Shown: positions 1 through 9,767, numbered from the stretch's first letter. The stretch: DNA of 64,000 bases from Candidatus Parcubacteria bacterium (GCA_003599335.1 QZJN01000001.1:6167-70166); one strand, 5' to 3'. The notes: generated by a model not told the origin, from the letters alone. Program-made: numbers and translations.

Positions 1-2
1 GC

Positions 3-2045
3 AATACTTTGGTAATGAATGGAACTTCAAAGACTCTTACCAGCGCCGGCAACACGCTTCAAAATCTTACTTTGTCCGGGAGTATAACTTTGGCCAATGC
101 GACTCATACGATCGCTGGTAATTTAAATATGGCTGGCGGGACTATTACTGCCGGTTCTTCAACGATTTTAATGAGCGGAACTTCTAACAACATTACGGGT
201 GGGAGCGCTACATTGAACAACTTAACAATTGATCCCTCATCAGCCGGAACGATCACTCTGCAGACATCGGGCTTAACTGTTTCAGGGACTCTTGATGTGG
301 CAACTTCTGACATTCTTGCAATTAATTCCGGCTTGACATTAACTCATAGCGGTTCAACTTTGACTTTGAGCGGAACTATTTCTGGAGCCGGACGTTTAAC
401 TTACCGTTCTTCAACGGCATTTCCAACGATAGGCACGATTTCTTCAATTTTAAGATTTGATACGAGCGCGAATAATCAAACCATGTCGGCCAGAACTTAT
501 GGCGGAGCTTTGGAGGTTGATAATTCCAGCGGCACCAATGGTCGCACCGTAACCATGGCTACAAGCAGTGGTCAGACTATAACCGCTTCTAATTCTCTAA
601 CCATTTTATCTTCTGGAGGAGGTTCGGTAGAGCTTACTGGTTCTTCAAACAACCCAACAGTAAATATTGCGGGAGATATTACTTATACTTCTGGTGGGGG
701 TACTAAAACCATCACTACTGGTACCGGTGCTTGGACAGCTTCAGGAAACGTTAATTTTACCAACGGCGTTTTTGCACCAACTTCTGGAAATGTCTTTATA
801 ATGAGTGGCACAAATAAATTCGCTACGAGTTCTTCACAGAGTTTCTATGATTTACAGATTAATGGTTCCGTTACTCTCACAGATAATGCCGATATAAATA
901 ACGATTTTACTATTGGCGGTTCTGGCACGGCAACTTCTTCGGCTAAAGTGTTTATTGCCCGCAATTTCACAAATAGCGGCACATTTAACCATAACTCTGG
1001 AGTCGTTCAGTTTGATACTACGACACCATCCGATATTACAGGAACAACGAGTTGGTACAGCTTGCTTTCAACGACATCAAATAAAATACTTCGTTTTCAG
1101 GCCGGAGTAACCCAAACAATAAACGGAGTTTTGACGATTACGGGGGCTTCTGGTAATGAAATTTCTGTTCAATCATCGGCGACCGGCAGTAAGTGGTTTA
1201 TCAATCATCAGGGAACAGAATCTGTAAGTTTTGTTAGGTTGCGAGATTCCGGATGCCATGCTTCAAGCACAAACATAACCATCACTGATTCAATTGACGA
1301 TGGAAATAACGGTTCTTGCTGGGTTTTTCCGGCGGCTGATTTACAACAAATACATTATCGTTGGCGAAATGACGATGGTAATGAAGCGAGCGCCACGTTT
1401 GCTACAGCAACGGATTCGTCTTTAACAAACCAACCAAAGCGAGTTCTTATTAGATTGAGGGTTCAATTTTCTAACGAAGGAAATGCAACTTCTTCCGGAG
1501 AGCAGTATCGTCTTGAGTACGGAGAAGGAGCAAGTTGCGCAGGTGTTTCTACGTGGACGCCCTTAGTGAATACCGGTTCAGTTTCGGATCAACATTGGTC
1601 TTTGGTTAATACTTCTAACGTTTCCGATGGAACTGTTACTACAGATAACGCAGGTATCGTTAATGAAAACGCAAATTTTGTGGCCGGAGAATTTCGTTCG
1701 CAAACGAATCTTACGGGAAGTATAACTTTGTCTTCAACTCAATTTACGGAGCTTGAATGGGCTTTGTGGGCAGAACAGGCGGCAACTGATAATGGTGATT
1801 ATTGCTTCAGGGCCACAAATAACGGAAACATAACCAACTTCAGTTTCAATGTTTGGCCTCAGATACGAGTAAGGCCTGGCGGTGGTAAAGGGAGTGGGGG
1901 CGCTTCTGAAGGTTCTCCGCCGGCAACAACGGCAACCACAGGAGGTACCGGTCAGGGCGGGGGAGGATCTTCCGAAGGCGGATCTGGTGGCGGCGGTCAG
2001 ACTGGCGGAGGCACTGGACAGGGCGGTGGTGGAGGAGCGCCATAA
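3..2045 (+). CDS. C-terminal part of a giant Ser/Thr/Gly-rich surface repeat protein (5' end outside window)
   Basis: Open frame from the window edge. Repeated beta-rich units (e.g. LQNLTLSG, LNNLTID, FYDLQING), a C-terminal 'QIHYRWRNDDGNE...YCFR' domain and a Gly-rich tail. Confidence 0.75.
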   Translation, partial: NTLVMNGTSKTLTSAGNTLQNLTLSGSITLANATHTIAGNLNMAGGTITAGSSTILMSGTSNNITGGSATLNNLTIDPSSAGTITLQTSGLTVSGTLDVATSDILAINSGLTLTHSGSTLTLSGTISGAGRLTYRSSTAFPTIGTISSILRFDTSANNQTMSARTYGGALEVDNSSGTNGRTVTMATSSGQTITASNSLTILSSGGGSVELTGSSNNPTVNIAGDITYTSGGGTKTITTGTGAWTASGNVNFTNGVFAPTSGNVFIMSGTNKFATSSSQSFYDLQINGSVTLTDNADINNDFTIGGSGTATSSAKVFIARNFTNSGTFNHNSGVVQFDTTTPSDITGTTSWYSLLSTTSNKILRFQAGVTQTINGVLTITGASGNEISVQSSATGSKWFINHQGTESVSFVRLRDSGCHASSTNITITDSIDDGNNGSCWVFPAADLQQIHYRWRNDDGNEASATFATATDSSLTNQPKRVLIRLRVQFSNEGNATSSGEQYRLEYGEGASCAGVSTWTPLVNTGSVSDQHWSLVNTSNVSDGTVTTDNAGIVNENANFVAGEFRSQTNLTGSITLSSTQFTELEWALWAEQAATDNGDYCFRATNNGNITNFSFNVWPQIRVRPGGGKGSGGASEGSPPATTATTGGTGQGGGGSSEGGSGGGGQTGGGTGQGGGGGAP

Positions 2046-2047
2046 AA

Positions 2048-2078
2048 TAGTATTTGGTAGTTAGTATTTTGTATTTAG
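2048..2078. repeat. Degenerate TAGTATT heptamer tandem repeat, copy 1
   Basis: TAGTATT-TGGTAGT-TAGTATT-TTGTATT-TAG; 30/31 identical to 3184-3214. Confidence 0.8.
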
Positions 2079-2129
2079 GGTAAGATGTGTAAGATATATT
2101 AATAACTAAGAATTAAGAATTTTAAATCT

Positions 2130-2576
2130 ATGGAACAAATGGGACAAGAGGTAAAGCAAAGATGGTGGCAGCGGTTTCAAACCCCTCACAATGAATTTTT
2201 CCATTGGCTCTTTATAGCCGTTGGGGGAGTGTTTGTGCTTTTGTTGGTGTGGAACATTTTGAATGGGTTGCAGCCGCAACCGGACAGAAAAAAGGTTCAG
2301 GCGGTTTTTCTAACAAACGGGCAGGTTTACTTTGGGACTATGCAAGTTGTAAATCGTAATTACATAAAACTAGCAAGCGTTTATTATTTGCAGGTTCAAC
2401 AACCGGTTGAGTTGCAGTCTCAGGAAATTACAAATCAGCCAAACATTAATATAGTCAAATTGGGAGGAGAAATTCACGGGCCTGAAGATGCCATGTTTAT
2501 ACCGCAGGATCGTATTTTATTCTGGGAAAATTTGAGAGAGGACTCTAATATAGTGAAGCTCATTCAGAGACAATAA
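2130..2576 (+). CDS. Conserved hypothetical membrane-anchored protein
   Basis: N-terminal TM helix followed by AVFLTNGQVYFG...VYYLQ...KLGGEIHGPED...FWENL, a motif set I recall from CPR hypothetical proteins. Confidence 0.7.
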   Translation: MEQMGQEVKQRWWQRFQTPHNEFFHWLFIAVGGVFVLLLVWNILNGLQPQPDRKKVQAVFLTNGQVYFGTMQVVNRNYIKLASVYYLQVQQPVELQSQEITNQPNINIVKLGGEIHGPEDAMFIPQDRILFWENLREDSNIVKLIQRQ

Positions 2577-2637
2577 TTCAAAATTGTATTTCCGAAGTCT
2601 TTAAAGGTTATTTTGGTAAAAATGGGAGGGTGGATAA

Positions 2638-3186
2638 ATGAAACCGGGCTTTATAGGAATAGTCATAATTTGGGTGGTGGTTATTTTTAATTTTTTTACA
2701 CCATTGGTTTTAGCGACAGAGTATACATCGCCGTCATTTAAGATTTTAGATCCGGTTTTGGATACCGGTGGAACCCAAAATTCAACATCAAGTTCGGGAA
2801 TTTTACAACTTGGCTCTGTTGGGGAAGTTTCTATTGGAAGGTCAAATTCTTCCAACTTTGAGTTAAGAGCAGGTTTTTTGTTTTTCCCCTCTCTTGTTGT
2901 TGCCACGCCGTCAGCGACAACAACCATTGTAGTTGGCCCTGGTTCTGGAGGAAGGGTTCCCCCGGGTATTTTAAAAAAGCAATTAAGGAGGCCTTCTTGC
3001 GTTGATTTAAACGACGATGGTGATGTCGGCCTGGCCGACGCATCAATTCAATTTTTTAATTGGCTTCCATCGGAAAAGGCCAGAGCCGGTTTTAAGTTGA
3101 AGGATAAAAGGCCGGATTGCAATAACGATAATTTAGTAAATATTATTGATTTATCAATAATGCTTTTTTGGTGGGATGAGAGGTAG
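2638..3186 (+). CDS. Secreted protein with C-terminal dockerin-like (paired Ca-binding loop) domain
   Basis: Signal peptide; duplicated DLNDDGDVGLAD and DCNNDNLVNIIDLSIML loops. Confidence 0.7.
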   Translation: MKPGFIGIVIIWVVVIFNFFTPLVLATEYTSPSFKILDPVLDTGGTQNSTSSSGILQLGSVGEVSIGRSNSSNFELRAGFLFFPSLVVATPSATTTIVVGPGSGGRVPPGILKKQLRRPSCVDLNDDGDVGLADASIQFFNWLPSEKARAGFKLKDKRPDCNNDNLVNIIDLSIMLFWWDER

Positions 3187-3218
3187 TATTTAGTAGTTAG
3201 TATTTTGTATTTAGTATT
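3184..3218. repeat. Degenerate TAGTATT heptamer tandem repeat, copy 2
   Basis: TAGTATT-TAGTAGT-TAGTATT-TTGTATT-TAGTATT, beginning with the stop codon of the upstream gene. Confidence 0.8.
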
Positions 3219-3222
3219 TGAG

Positions 3223-4359
3223 ATGAGCCAAAAAAACAAACTTTTAATAATCGGCATAATAGTTTTAGGTTTTTGCATTTTAGTTCCGGATGCTTTAGCA
3301 GCAAGGCTCTATTTTAAGAACGCTGCCGATACGGTTGTTGTTGGCTCAAGTAGACTTATTGAACTTAGACTTGATACAGAGGGTGAGTACATTAACGCCG
3401 GCGAAGTTGTTGTAAGTTATCAACCTGATTTTTTTGATGCCGTTGAGCTTTATGAAAGTTCTTCTATATTTGATATCTTTATTACCCGGCCCGTTATTTT
3501 GAACAACGAGAAAGTCTTTTTAAGTGGCGGGGCGACTAATGCCTTTCAAGGAGATGGTCTTATTTTAACAACGGCCTTTGTGGCAAAAAAAGTTGGCCAG
3601 ACTCAAATCAGCGCTTCTCAAGCAGAAATGATTATAGCTGATGGTCAGGGAAGTTTAGCCAACCTGAAAATCGAACCTTTAACAATTGATGTAGTAGAAG
3701 AGGATCCTCAAAATATAACCATATCCGGCAAGATCGCTCTTATCGTGTCTTCTCCAACTCATCCCGTGCAAACAAAATTTTATTCTTCAAACCAGGTTGT
3801 ATTGACTTGGAATTTGGAAGATGCTTACGAATATTCTTACGCTTTTTCCAGACAAATTGAAGAACCGGATGATATTCCAGAAGAGAGGGTTAGTTCTGTC
3901 AGTTTTTTTGATTTAGAAGATGGAATTTATTTTTTCAACCTTAAAGCCGTTGAAAAAGATACTGGCCAAAAAGCCGCATTTACGTCTTTTAGGGTGATGG
4001 TTGATACCGAGCCGCCAGAGGCCATAAAAGTTGCTTTTAGTAGGGTTGATGCGACTACCACGCTCGTTGCGGTTAACCCGCAAGATAAAACGAGCGGTGT
4101 TGATATTATAGAGTACAGGTTTGAAGGTGAGGAAAAATTTGAGAGACTTGATCAGTTTTATTTTGTAGCTCCACAAAGCGAGAAAATTATAATTAGGGTT
4201 TATGATAGAGCCGGCAATTTTACCGAACGAGTCTTTGAAGATAAAAAAGATTTGGTTTTTGGCTTATGGGGCTTGATCGGAGGCTTCCTAATAGGGATTA
4301 TTGTTTATTTTGCTGTTCAACATTTGGTAAGACGTAAGCACAATGTCGGTTTGAGCTAA
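3223..4359 (+). CDS. Cohesin-like domain surface protein with Ig-like domains and C-terminal TM anchor
   Basis: Signal peptide; cohesin-like N-domain (LDTEGEYINAGEVVVSY...DGQGS); SSPTHP...DTEPP...SGVD...DRAGN Ig-like modules; terminal TM. ATG 3223 preferred over the upstream TTG, which lies in the repeat. Confidence 0.7.
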   Translation: MSQKNKLLIIGIIVLGFCILVPDALAARLYFKNAADTVVVGSSRLIELRLDTEGEYINAGEVVVSYQPDFFDAVELYESSSIFDIFITRPVILNNEKVFLSGGATNAFQGDGLILTTAFVAKKVGQTQISASQAEMIIADGQGSLANLKIEPLTIDVVEEDPQNITISGKIALIVSSPTHPVQTKFYSSNQVVLTWNLEDAYEYSYAFSRQIEEPDDIPEERVSSVSFFDLEDGIYFFNLKAVEKDTGQKAAFTSFRVMVDTEPPEAIKVAFSRVDATTTLVAVNPQDKTSGVDIIEYRFEGEEKFERLDQFYFVAPQSEKIIIRVYDRAGNFTERVFEDKKDLVFGLWGLIGGFLIGIIVYFAVQHLVRRKHNVGLS

Positions 4360-4377
4360 AAAGAGTTATAATAGATA

Positions 4378-5778
4378 ATGAAAATTCTGCAAAATAACAT
4401 TAGATATAAACTTAATAATAAGCGTTTGGCAACCGCGCGAGCCTTTATTTTGTGCTTTTTGAGCTTGGTTTTGTTTCTTTTACCGCTTAATGTTTTTGCA
4501 CAGAATTCCGACGCTTCTTTATATGCTCAACCGGCGAGTGGATCTATTACTCTTGGGAGCACTTTTAGAGTTTCAATATTTGTTAATACCGGGGGTAGGG
4601 ATATAAACGCGGTTGATGTTAAAGTAAATTTTCCTCCTGATAAACTTCAGGTTGTTTCTCCAACAGCCGGTCAATCCATAGTTTCTGTCTGGATTTCTCA
4701 ACCATATTTTTCCAATACCGACGGAGTTTTAAGATTTCAGGGTGGTATACCCAATCCTGGAATTAATACATCTTCTGGACTTATTGCTTCAATAGTTTTT
4801 AGAGCTCGTCAGTTTGGAGGAGCCCAAATAACTATTGATGATGATTCTAAAGTTTTGTTGAATGATGGTCTTGGGACCAATATTTTGTCAAAAACAGCCG
4901 GAGCCCAATTTAGTATTGTTTTGCCGCCTCCGGCTGGCCCTGAAGTTGTTTCTCCGACGCATCCGGATCAAACTCAATGGTACAAAAATAGGAACCCTCT
5001 TTTGAGATGGGGTTCTGTCGGGAGCGCGCAGGGATTTAGTTACAGTATTAATAAGGATCCTCTTTCTGAGCCAGATTTTTCATCAGAAGGAACAGGAACC
5101 CAGGTTGGTTTTGAGAATTTAAGTGATGGCATTTGGTATTTTCATTTAAGAGCTCTTGGTCCCTCGGGGCCAGGCCCGACAACTCATTTTGCTATTTTAA
5201 TTGATAGTACGCCGCCGGCCGAGTTTGTCCCAGATGTTAAACCAGAACGAAAAACCACGAGGAAAACTCCGATTATAAATTTTATTACAACCGACGCCGC
5301 TTCGGGGGTTGATCATTACGAGCTTAAGTTTATAGAGCAGGATAATCCACAAAATCCAGAACTGACACCATTTTTTATTGAGGCATCTTCTCCTTTTCAG
5401 GCTCCCGAACTTTCGCCAGGCATTTATGATGTTGTAGTCAGGGCTTTTGATAGGGCCCAAAATATAACAGATTCGGTTGTAAGACTTGAGATAATTGATC
5501 CTTTTATTAAGCCGATTTCGGAACTTGGTCTTACTTTTGGTGGTTATTTCATGCCTTGGTGGTTGGTTTATCTTATAGCCGATATTCTGATAGTTTTACT
5601 CGCTTTATTATTGTGGTTCTTGATCAAAAAACATCAATCTGTTGAACAGGTATTGGCCGATGGTTTGCATTGGATTGAGCATGAGATTGTTCATGATATT
5701 TCGTGGTTGAAGGATAGGTTGAGGGGTCGTAAACATATAGATTTCGATATAAGCGACAAGAAAGAAATTCGGCCATGA
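4378..5778 (+). CDS. Cohesin-like domain surface protein (paralog of upstream gene)
   Basis: VNTGGRDINAVDVKVNFPPDKLQVV...LNDGLGTN cohesin-like domain; SPTHPDQ, DSTPP, SGVDHY, DRAQN motifs; TM near the C-terminus. Confidence 0.75.
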   Translation: MKILQNNIRYKLNNKRLATARAFILCFLSLVLFLLPLNVFAQNSDASLYAQPASGSITLGSTFRVSIFVNTGGRDINAVDVKVNFPPDKLQVVSPTAGQSIVSVWISQPYFSNTDGVLRFQGGIPNPGINTSSGLIASIVFRARQFGGAQITIDDDSKVLLNDGLGTNILSKTAGAQFSIVLPPPAGPEVVSPTHPDQTQWYKNRNPLLRWGSVGSAQGFSYSINKDPLSEPDFSSEGTGTQVGFENLSDGIWYFHLRALGPSGPGPTTHFAILIDSTPPAEFVPDVKPERKTTRKTPIINFITTDAASGVDHYELKFIEQDNPQNPELTPFFIEASSPFQAPELSPGIYDVVVRAFDRAQNITDSVVRLEIIDPFIKPISELGLTFGGYFMPWWLVYLIADILIVLLALLLWFLIKKHQSVEQVLADGLHWIEHEIVHDISWLKDRLRGRKHIDFDISDKKEIRP

Positions 5779-6563
5779 TCAGAAACGATTTTATACATAA
5801 ATATAAATTTGGTATCGGATTCATTCTTACAATCTTCGTTTTAGGTTTTATTGGATTTTCTTTGGCGAGCGCTCAACAGCCATTGCAAATAAATATTTCT
5901 TTGCCCCAGCAAGAAACCAAAATTCAATCACCGACAATCACCGTTTTTCCTCCATCGTTGAATAACAAAGAAATACTTTATCTTGGCGGCACAACCGAGC
6001 CAGGATATACAGTTTTGGTATTTTTGCAGCGGGGAAAGGAGGCTTTGATAACAGCTCAAGTTCAGGCTGATGAGAGCGGAAGTTGGTTTTATGCCCACAA
6101 AGGATTTTTGGCAGAGGGAAAGTATTCTTTCTGGGTAAGGGCAAGAACCCAGGAGGGAATTTTGAGCGAGCCAACACAATCGGCAGAACTTAATGTTCTT
6201 GGAGAAGCTCTGGAAATAGGTTCTTACAGAATAGGCTTTAAGAGTCTTTATGTTTTTGCGGTAGGAGCCTTGAGTATAATTGTAACGATATTTATCATTG
6301 TTATACTGATTATTCATATAAGGATACAATCCAAAAAACGACGCTTGCAAAAAGAGGTTCTTGAGGTTCATAGTTCCGTAAAGAAGGGTTTTGAGATATT
6401 GAAGGATGATATTCACAAAGAACTTGATGTTTTGAGAGAGCTTGAGAAAAACAAACAACTTTCCCCTGAAGAAAAGGCTCGCCAAGCCAAATTACTCACA
6501 GATCTTGATTTTGCCGCTAGATATATTGAAAAGGAAGTTATTGACGTTGAAAAATTAATCTAA
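5775..6563 (+). CDS. Ig-like (Big-type) domain membrane protein with cytoplasmic coiled coil
   Basis: Signal peptide, GTTEPG...ADESGSW...LAEGKY Ig-like fold, TM helix, charged helical tail; ATGA overlap with the previous gene. Confidence 0.65.
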   Translation: MIRNDFIHKYKFGIGFILTIFVLGFIGFSLASAQQPLQINISLPQQETKIQSPTITVFPPSLNNKEILYLGGTTEPGYTVLVFLQRGKEALITAQVQADESGSWFYAHKGFLAEGKYSFWVRARTQEGILSEPTQSAELNVLGEALEIGSYRIGFKSLYVFAVGALSIIVTIFIIVILIIHIRIQSKKRRLQKEVLEVHSSVKKGFEILKDDIHKELDVLRELEKNKQLSPEEKARQAKLLTDLDFAARYIEKEVIDVEKLI

Positions 6564-6740
6564 CTTTAAGTGTCTATAACTAATGGCTATTGTTGATAGT
6601 CTTAATTTATGTTAGGATTGGTAGGCTTTATAAGCGATAATGGATAAAAAATCAAAGGGCATCGCTTAAATGCAAAGAATAAACTTTTTTGAAAAAAGTT
6701 TATAAAACAATAAATATTATAATTAATTTTAATAAAATAT

Positions 6741-7499
6741 ATGCCACCATTTGATAGGAGTTTAATATCGGGAGCTTTAATAGTTTTAGTAATTCTGATG
6801 GTAGTTTTAACTTTCGGACAGGTGCAGAAGTTAAGACTTGGGGAGCCGCCATCTAATTTAAAAACTGTTGTCGTTCAGGGTGAAGGTAAAATAACTTTTG
6901 TGCCAAATATTGCTCAGACTTCTTTTTCTGTTGTTTCTGAAGGTCTTACTCCTAAGATTGTTCAAGATGCTAACGCTTCAAAAATAAATAAAGTCATAGC
7001 TTTTTTGAAATCCAACGGAGTGGAGGATAAAGATATTCAGACTTCTGGTTATTATCTTTCCCCGAGATATTTCTATCCAAACGACAGGGGCGGTACTCCT
7101 TATATTGACGGCTATACTCTAACCCAGACCCTTGCCGTTAAAGTAAGGGATATCAATAAAACAGGACAGATTATCTCCGGAGTTGTTGAGGCTGGCGTAA
7201 ATCAGACCGGCGGATTGAATTTTACCCTTGATGATGAAATGCTTGAAAAAGTCAGACAAGATGCCAGAATTAAAGCATTTTCAGATGCTAAAGAAAAAGC
7301 GAGAGCGATGTCTCAAGCTGTTGGAGTTAGGCTCGGTCCGATAGTGAGTTTTAGTGAATCTTTTTGGGGAGCGCCGGTTCCATTCTTGGCCGAAGCTGCA
7401 TTTGGCAAGGGGGGAGGGGGCGGTGGGGTTGCTCCTAATATTGAGCCGGGTTCTCAAGAGATAGCGGTTTCTGTTTCTATAACCTACGAGATTCGTTAA
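6741..7499 (+). CDS. SIMPL domain (DUF541) protein
   Basis: N-terminal TM; VVVQGEGKITFVPNIA, DKDIQTSGYYLSPRY, DAKEKARAM, IEPGSQEI motifs. Confidence 0.9.
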   Translation: MPPFDRSLISGALIVLVILMVVLTFGQVQKLRLGEPPSNLKTVVVQGEGKITFVPNIAQTSFSVVSEGLTPKIVQDANASKINKVIAFLKSNGVEDKDIQTSGYYLSPRYFYPNDRGGTPYIDGYTLTQTLAVKVRDINKTGQIISGVVEAGVNQTGGLNFTLDDEMLEKVRQDARIKAFSDAKEKARAMSQAVGVRLGPIVSFSESFWGAPVPFLAEAAFGKGGGGGGVAPNIEPGSQEIAVSVSITYEIR

Positions 7500-7563
7500 A
7501 GTTTGGCATCAAAATCAATAGATGGTTTAATAACAGAAAGCCTGTTTGTTTATTGAGATTGCT

Positions 7564-8145
7564 ATGAATTCAATAGTTTTGGATTTAGAAACAAAAAAAG
7601 ATTTTCGTGAAATAGGCAGTAAGAGAAAGCCCGGTTTACTTGGGGTTTCTGTCGTCGGTATTTATGATTATACCGACAATAAATACAAAACCTTTGAAGA
7701 ATCTCAGATTTGGGAACTTGAGAATATTTTAGTCAGCTCTCCAATGATCATTGGATTTAATATTAAGGGTTTTGATTTTTTGGTTCTAGAGCCTTATTTG
7801 AAGCAAGTCAAAATCAAGGATATAAATTCAGTTGATATAATGGAAGAAATAGCCCGCTACAGCGGTTTTCGCGTTTCTCTTGATTCTGTTTCTATGGCCA
7901 CGCTTAAGCAATCAAAAACAGCTTCGGGCATGGAAGCCCTAAATTTATACAAGCAAGGGAAAATTGAGGAACTGAAAGACTACTGTCTAAACGATGTCAG
8001 GTTAACAAAAGAGATATACGAATTTGGTCTTAAAAATAAATTTGTTTTTATAAAAAGCCGGGATGGAGTTTTGGATCATAAAATACCCGTTAGCTGGTCT
8101 CCGGTCGTTTCTTCGGAAAGATCTTCTCCTTTAAGTTTATTTTAG
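7564..8145 (+). CDS. Ribonuclease H-like (RNase_H_2/YprB-type) domain protein
   Basis: VLDLET, IGFNIKGFD and YCLNDV acidic motifs. Confidence 0.8.
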   Translation: MNSIVLDLETKKDFREIGSKRKPGLLGVSVVGIYDYTDNKYKTFEESQIWELENILVSSPMIIGFNIKGFDFLVLEPYLKQVKIKDINSVDIMEEIARYSGFRVSLDSVSMATLKQSKTASGMEALNLYKQGKIEELKDYCLNDVRLTKEIYEFGLKNKFVFIKSRDGVLDHKIPVSWSPVVSSERSSPLSLF

Positions 8146-8154
8146 TAAACCAAC

Positions 8155-9426
8155 ATGGAAGAAGGGAATAATCAAAATCAAAAGATCTTATTGAAAAGAA
8201 GCGTCGTTGGGATTTTGGTTTTAGTTGGAGGCGCTGTTTTAGTCGCAGGATTGGCTACGTATGGCGGTGGTTTTAAAGCCAGCCTGTTGGATTTTTTCTG
8301 GAAAAAGATATCTTCCCCGGCCATAAATATTCCAGAGCCGGTTGTTTCATATCAGTCGGCCTTGGATATTGAACGGGCAGTTATCTCTGTTGTAAAAGGC
8401 AATTCCGATGCGGTTGTGAGTGTTATTCAGACTAAAGATGTTCCAATTTTGGAGCAATGCGTAAGGAGCGAACCTTTTGGCTTTTCTGACGATCCATTTT
8501 TTAGGCAATTTTTTGGAGATATAAGAATTGAAGTTCCTTATATCTGCGAGAAGGGAACTCAGAAGAAAGAAGTCGGCGGCGGAACCGGTTTTGTGATATC
8601 TTCAGACGGTTTGATTGTTACCAACAAACATGTGGTTGTTGATGGTAAATCACAATATACAATTTTAACCAACAGCGGACAGAAATTAGAAGCTAGGGTT
8701 TTGGCTAAAGATCCTTTTCAGGATTTTGCGATTCTAAAAGTTGAAGCCAGTGGTTTGCCAACAGTTATTTTTGGGAATTCAGATAGTATAGAGATAGGAC
8801 AATTTGTCATTGCTATAGGAAATGCTCTTGGCGAGTTTAGAAATACAGTTTCTTTTGGAGTTGTTTCGGGCATAAGAAGGAATATATCGGCTTTTGGACC
8901 TTCTGGCTTTAGGGAGGTTTTAGAAGAGGTTATCCAGACTGATGCTGCTATAAATCCTGGCAATTCCGGTGGGCCGCTTTTAAATTTAAAGGGAGAAGTC
9001 GTTGGCATTAACACAGCGGTTGCTCAAGATGCTCAGAATATTGGATTTACAATACCGATAAACAGAGTTAAAAGGAGTATAGAATCTTTCAAAATTAACG
9101 GGAAAATTGTTTATCCTTATTTGGGAGTTCGTTATGTAACAATTACTCCTCAAATTCAAAAAGAGAGAAATTTGCCCGTTGATAGGGGTGCTTTGCTTGT
9201 TGGTGGAGATGGAGAGCCGGCGGTTGTTAAAGATTCTCCGGCCGAGAAATCTGGTTTTAAGGCCGGTGATATACTACTTGAGGTTAACGGAGAAAGAATA
9301 GTTGAAGAAAATACTTTGAGCAGGCTCTTACAAAAATATCAACCAAAGGAAGTTGTAAGCATCAAGTTTTTGAGGAACAAGGAAGAGAGGTTTTTGGAAG
9401 TTATCTTGGGGGAGCAAGTCAGTTAG
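8155..9426 (+). CDS. htrA: HtrA/DegP-family serine protease with one PDZ domain
   Basis: GTGF...TNKHVV, QTDAAINPGNSGGPL, C-terminal PDZ (SPAEKSG...GDIL). Confidence 0.92.
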   Translation: MEEGNNQNQKILLKRSVVGILVLVGGAVLVAGLATYGGGFKASLLDFFWKKISSPAINIPEPVVSYQSALDIERAVISVVKGNSDAVVSVIQTKDVPILEQCVRSEPFGFSDDPFFRQFFGDIRIEVPYICEKGTQKKEVGGGTGFVISSDGLIVTNKHVVVDGKSQYTILTNSGQKLEARVLAKDPFQDFAILKVEASGLPTVIFGNSDSIEIGQFVIAIGNALGEFRNTVSFGVVSGIRRNISAFGPSGFREVLEEVIQTDAAINPGNSGGPLLNLKGEVVGINTAVAQDAQNIGFTIPINRVKRSIESFKINGKIVYPYLGVRYVTITPQIQKERNLPVDRGALLVGGDGEPAVVKDSPAEKSGFKAGDILLEVNGERIVEENTLSRLLQKYQPKEVVSIKFLRNKEERFLEVILGEQVS

Positions 9427-9740
9427 CCCCCACACCATAACGAGTTTGCGTTGTGTTTTACGTCTATATTCTAAAGAGTCTTAAAGACAAAGATTTGTAC
9501 ATCGGGTTTACTCCAGACTTGCGGAGCAGGTTTAAAAAACACAACGCTGGTTTAGTTCAATCAACCAAATCAAGAAGACCCTCAAGCTTGTGTATATTAT
9601 GAAGCGTATGCCTCAGAAGAAGAAGCAAAACACCGCGAGGATAACCTCAAGCTGCGAGCCAGAGCCCTAAGGCAGCTTCTCAAAAGAACCAAGAAGTCCA
9701 TTAAAAGCTAATGAAAGCTAAAACTCGTTTGGTGTGGGGG
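9427..9740. mobile_element. Inverted-repeat-bounded GIY-YIG cassette with TTAG on both flanks
   Basis: Left CCCCCACACCATAACGAGTTT (9427-9447); right AAACTCGTTTGGTGTGGGGG (9721-9740), a reverse complement apart from one indel; TTAG at 9423-9426 and 9741-9744. Confidence 0.7.
9453..9711 (+). pseudogene. Frameshifted short GIY-YIG endonuclease
   Basis: GTG-FYVYILKSLKDKDLYIGFTPDLRSRFKKHNAGLVQSTKSRRP, then continues in the +1 frame as VYYEAYASEEEAKHREDNLK...*. Not in the supplied ORF track. Confidence 0.85.
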
Positions 9741-9767
9741 TTAGCACTCGACCTTTGACATTGCTAA
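9741..9767 (+). promoter_or_regulatory. CIRCE (HrcA operator) upstream of clpB
   Basis: TTAGCACTC-N9-CATTGCTAA against consensus TTAGCACTC-N9-GAGTGCTAA (2 mismatches). Confidence 0.8.

Noticed and set aside
2048-3218. Heptamer repeats as a CRISPR array
   Set aside because: Units are 7 bp with no spacers, and there are no cas genes in the window.
6631-6668. TAAGCGAT/ATCGCTTA inverted repeat upstream of the SIMPL gene
   Set aside because: An isolated 8-bp stem with a long loop is not enough evidence for a function.
9575-9605. Programmed frameshift in the GIY-YIG gene
   Set aside because: No slippery heptamer at the break; decay or an assembly error is simpler.
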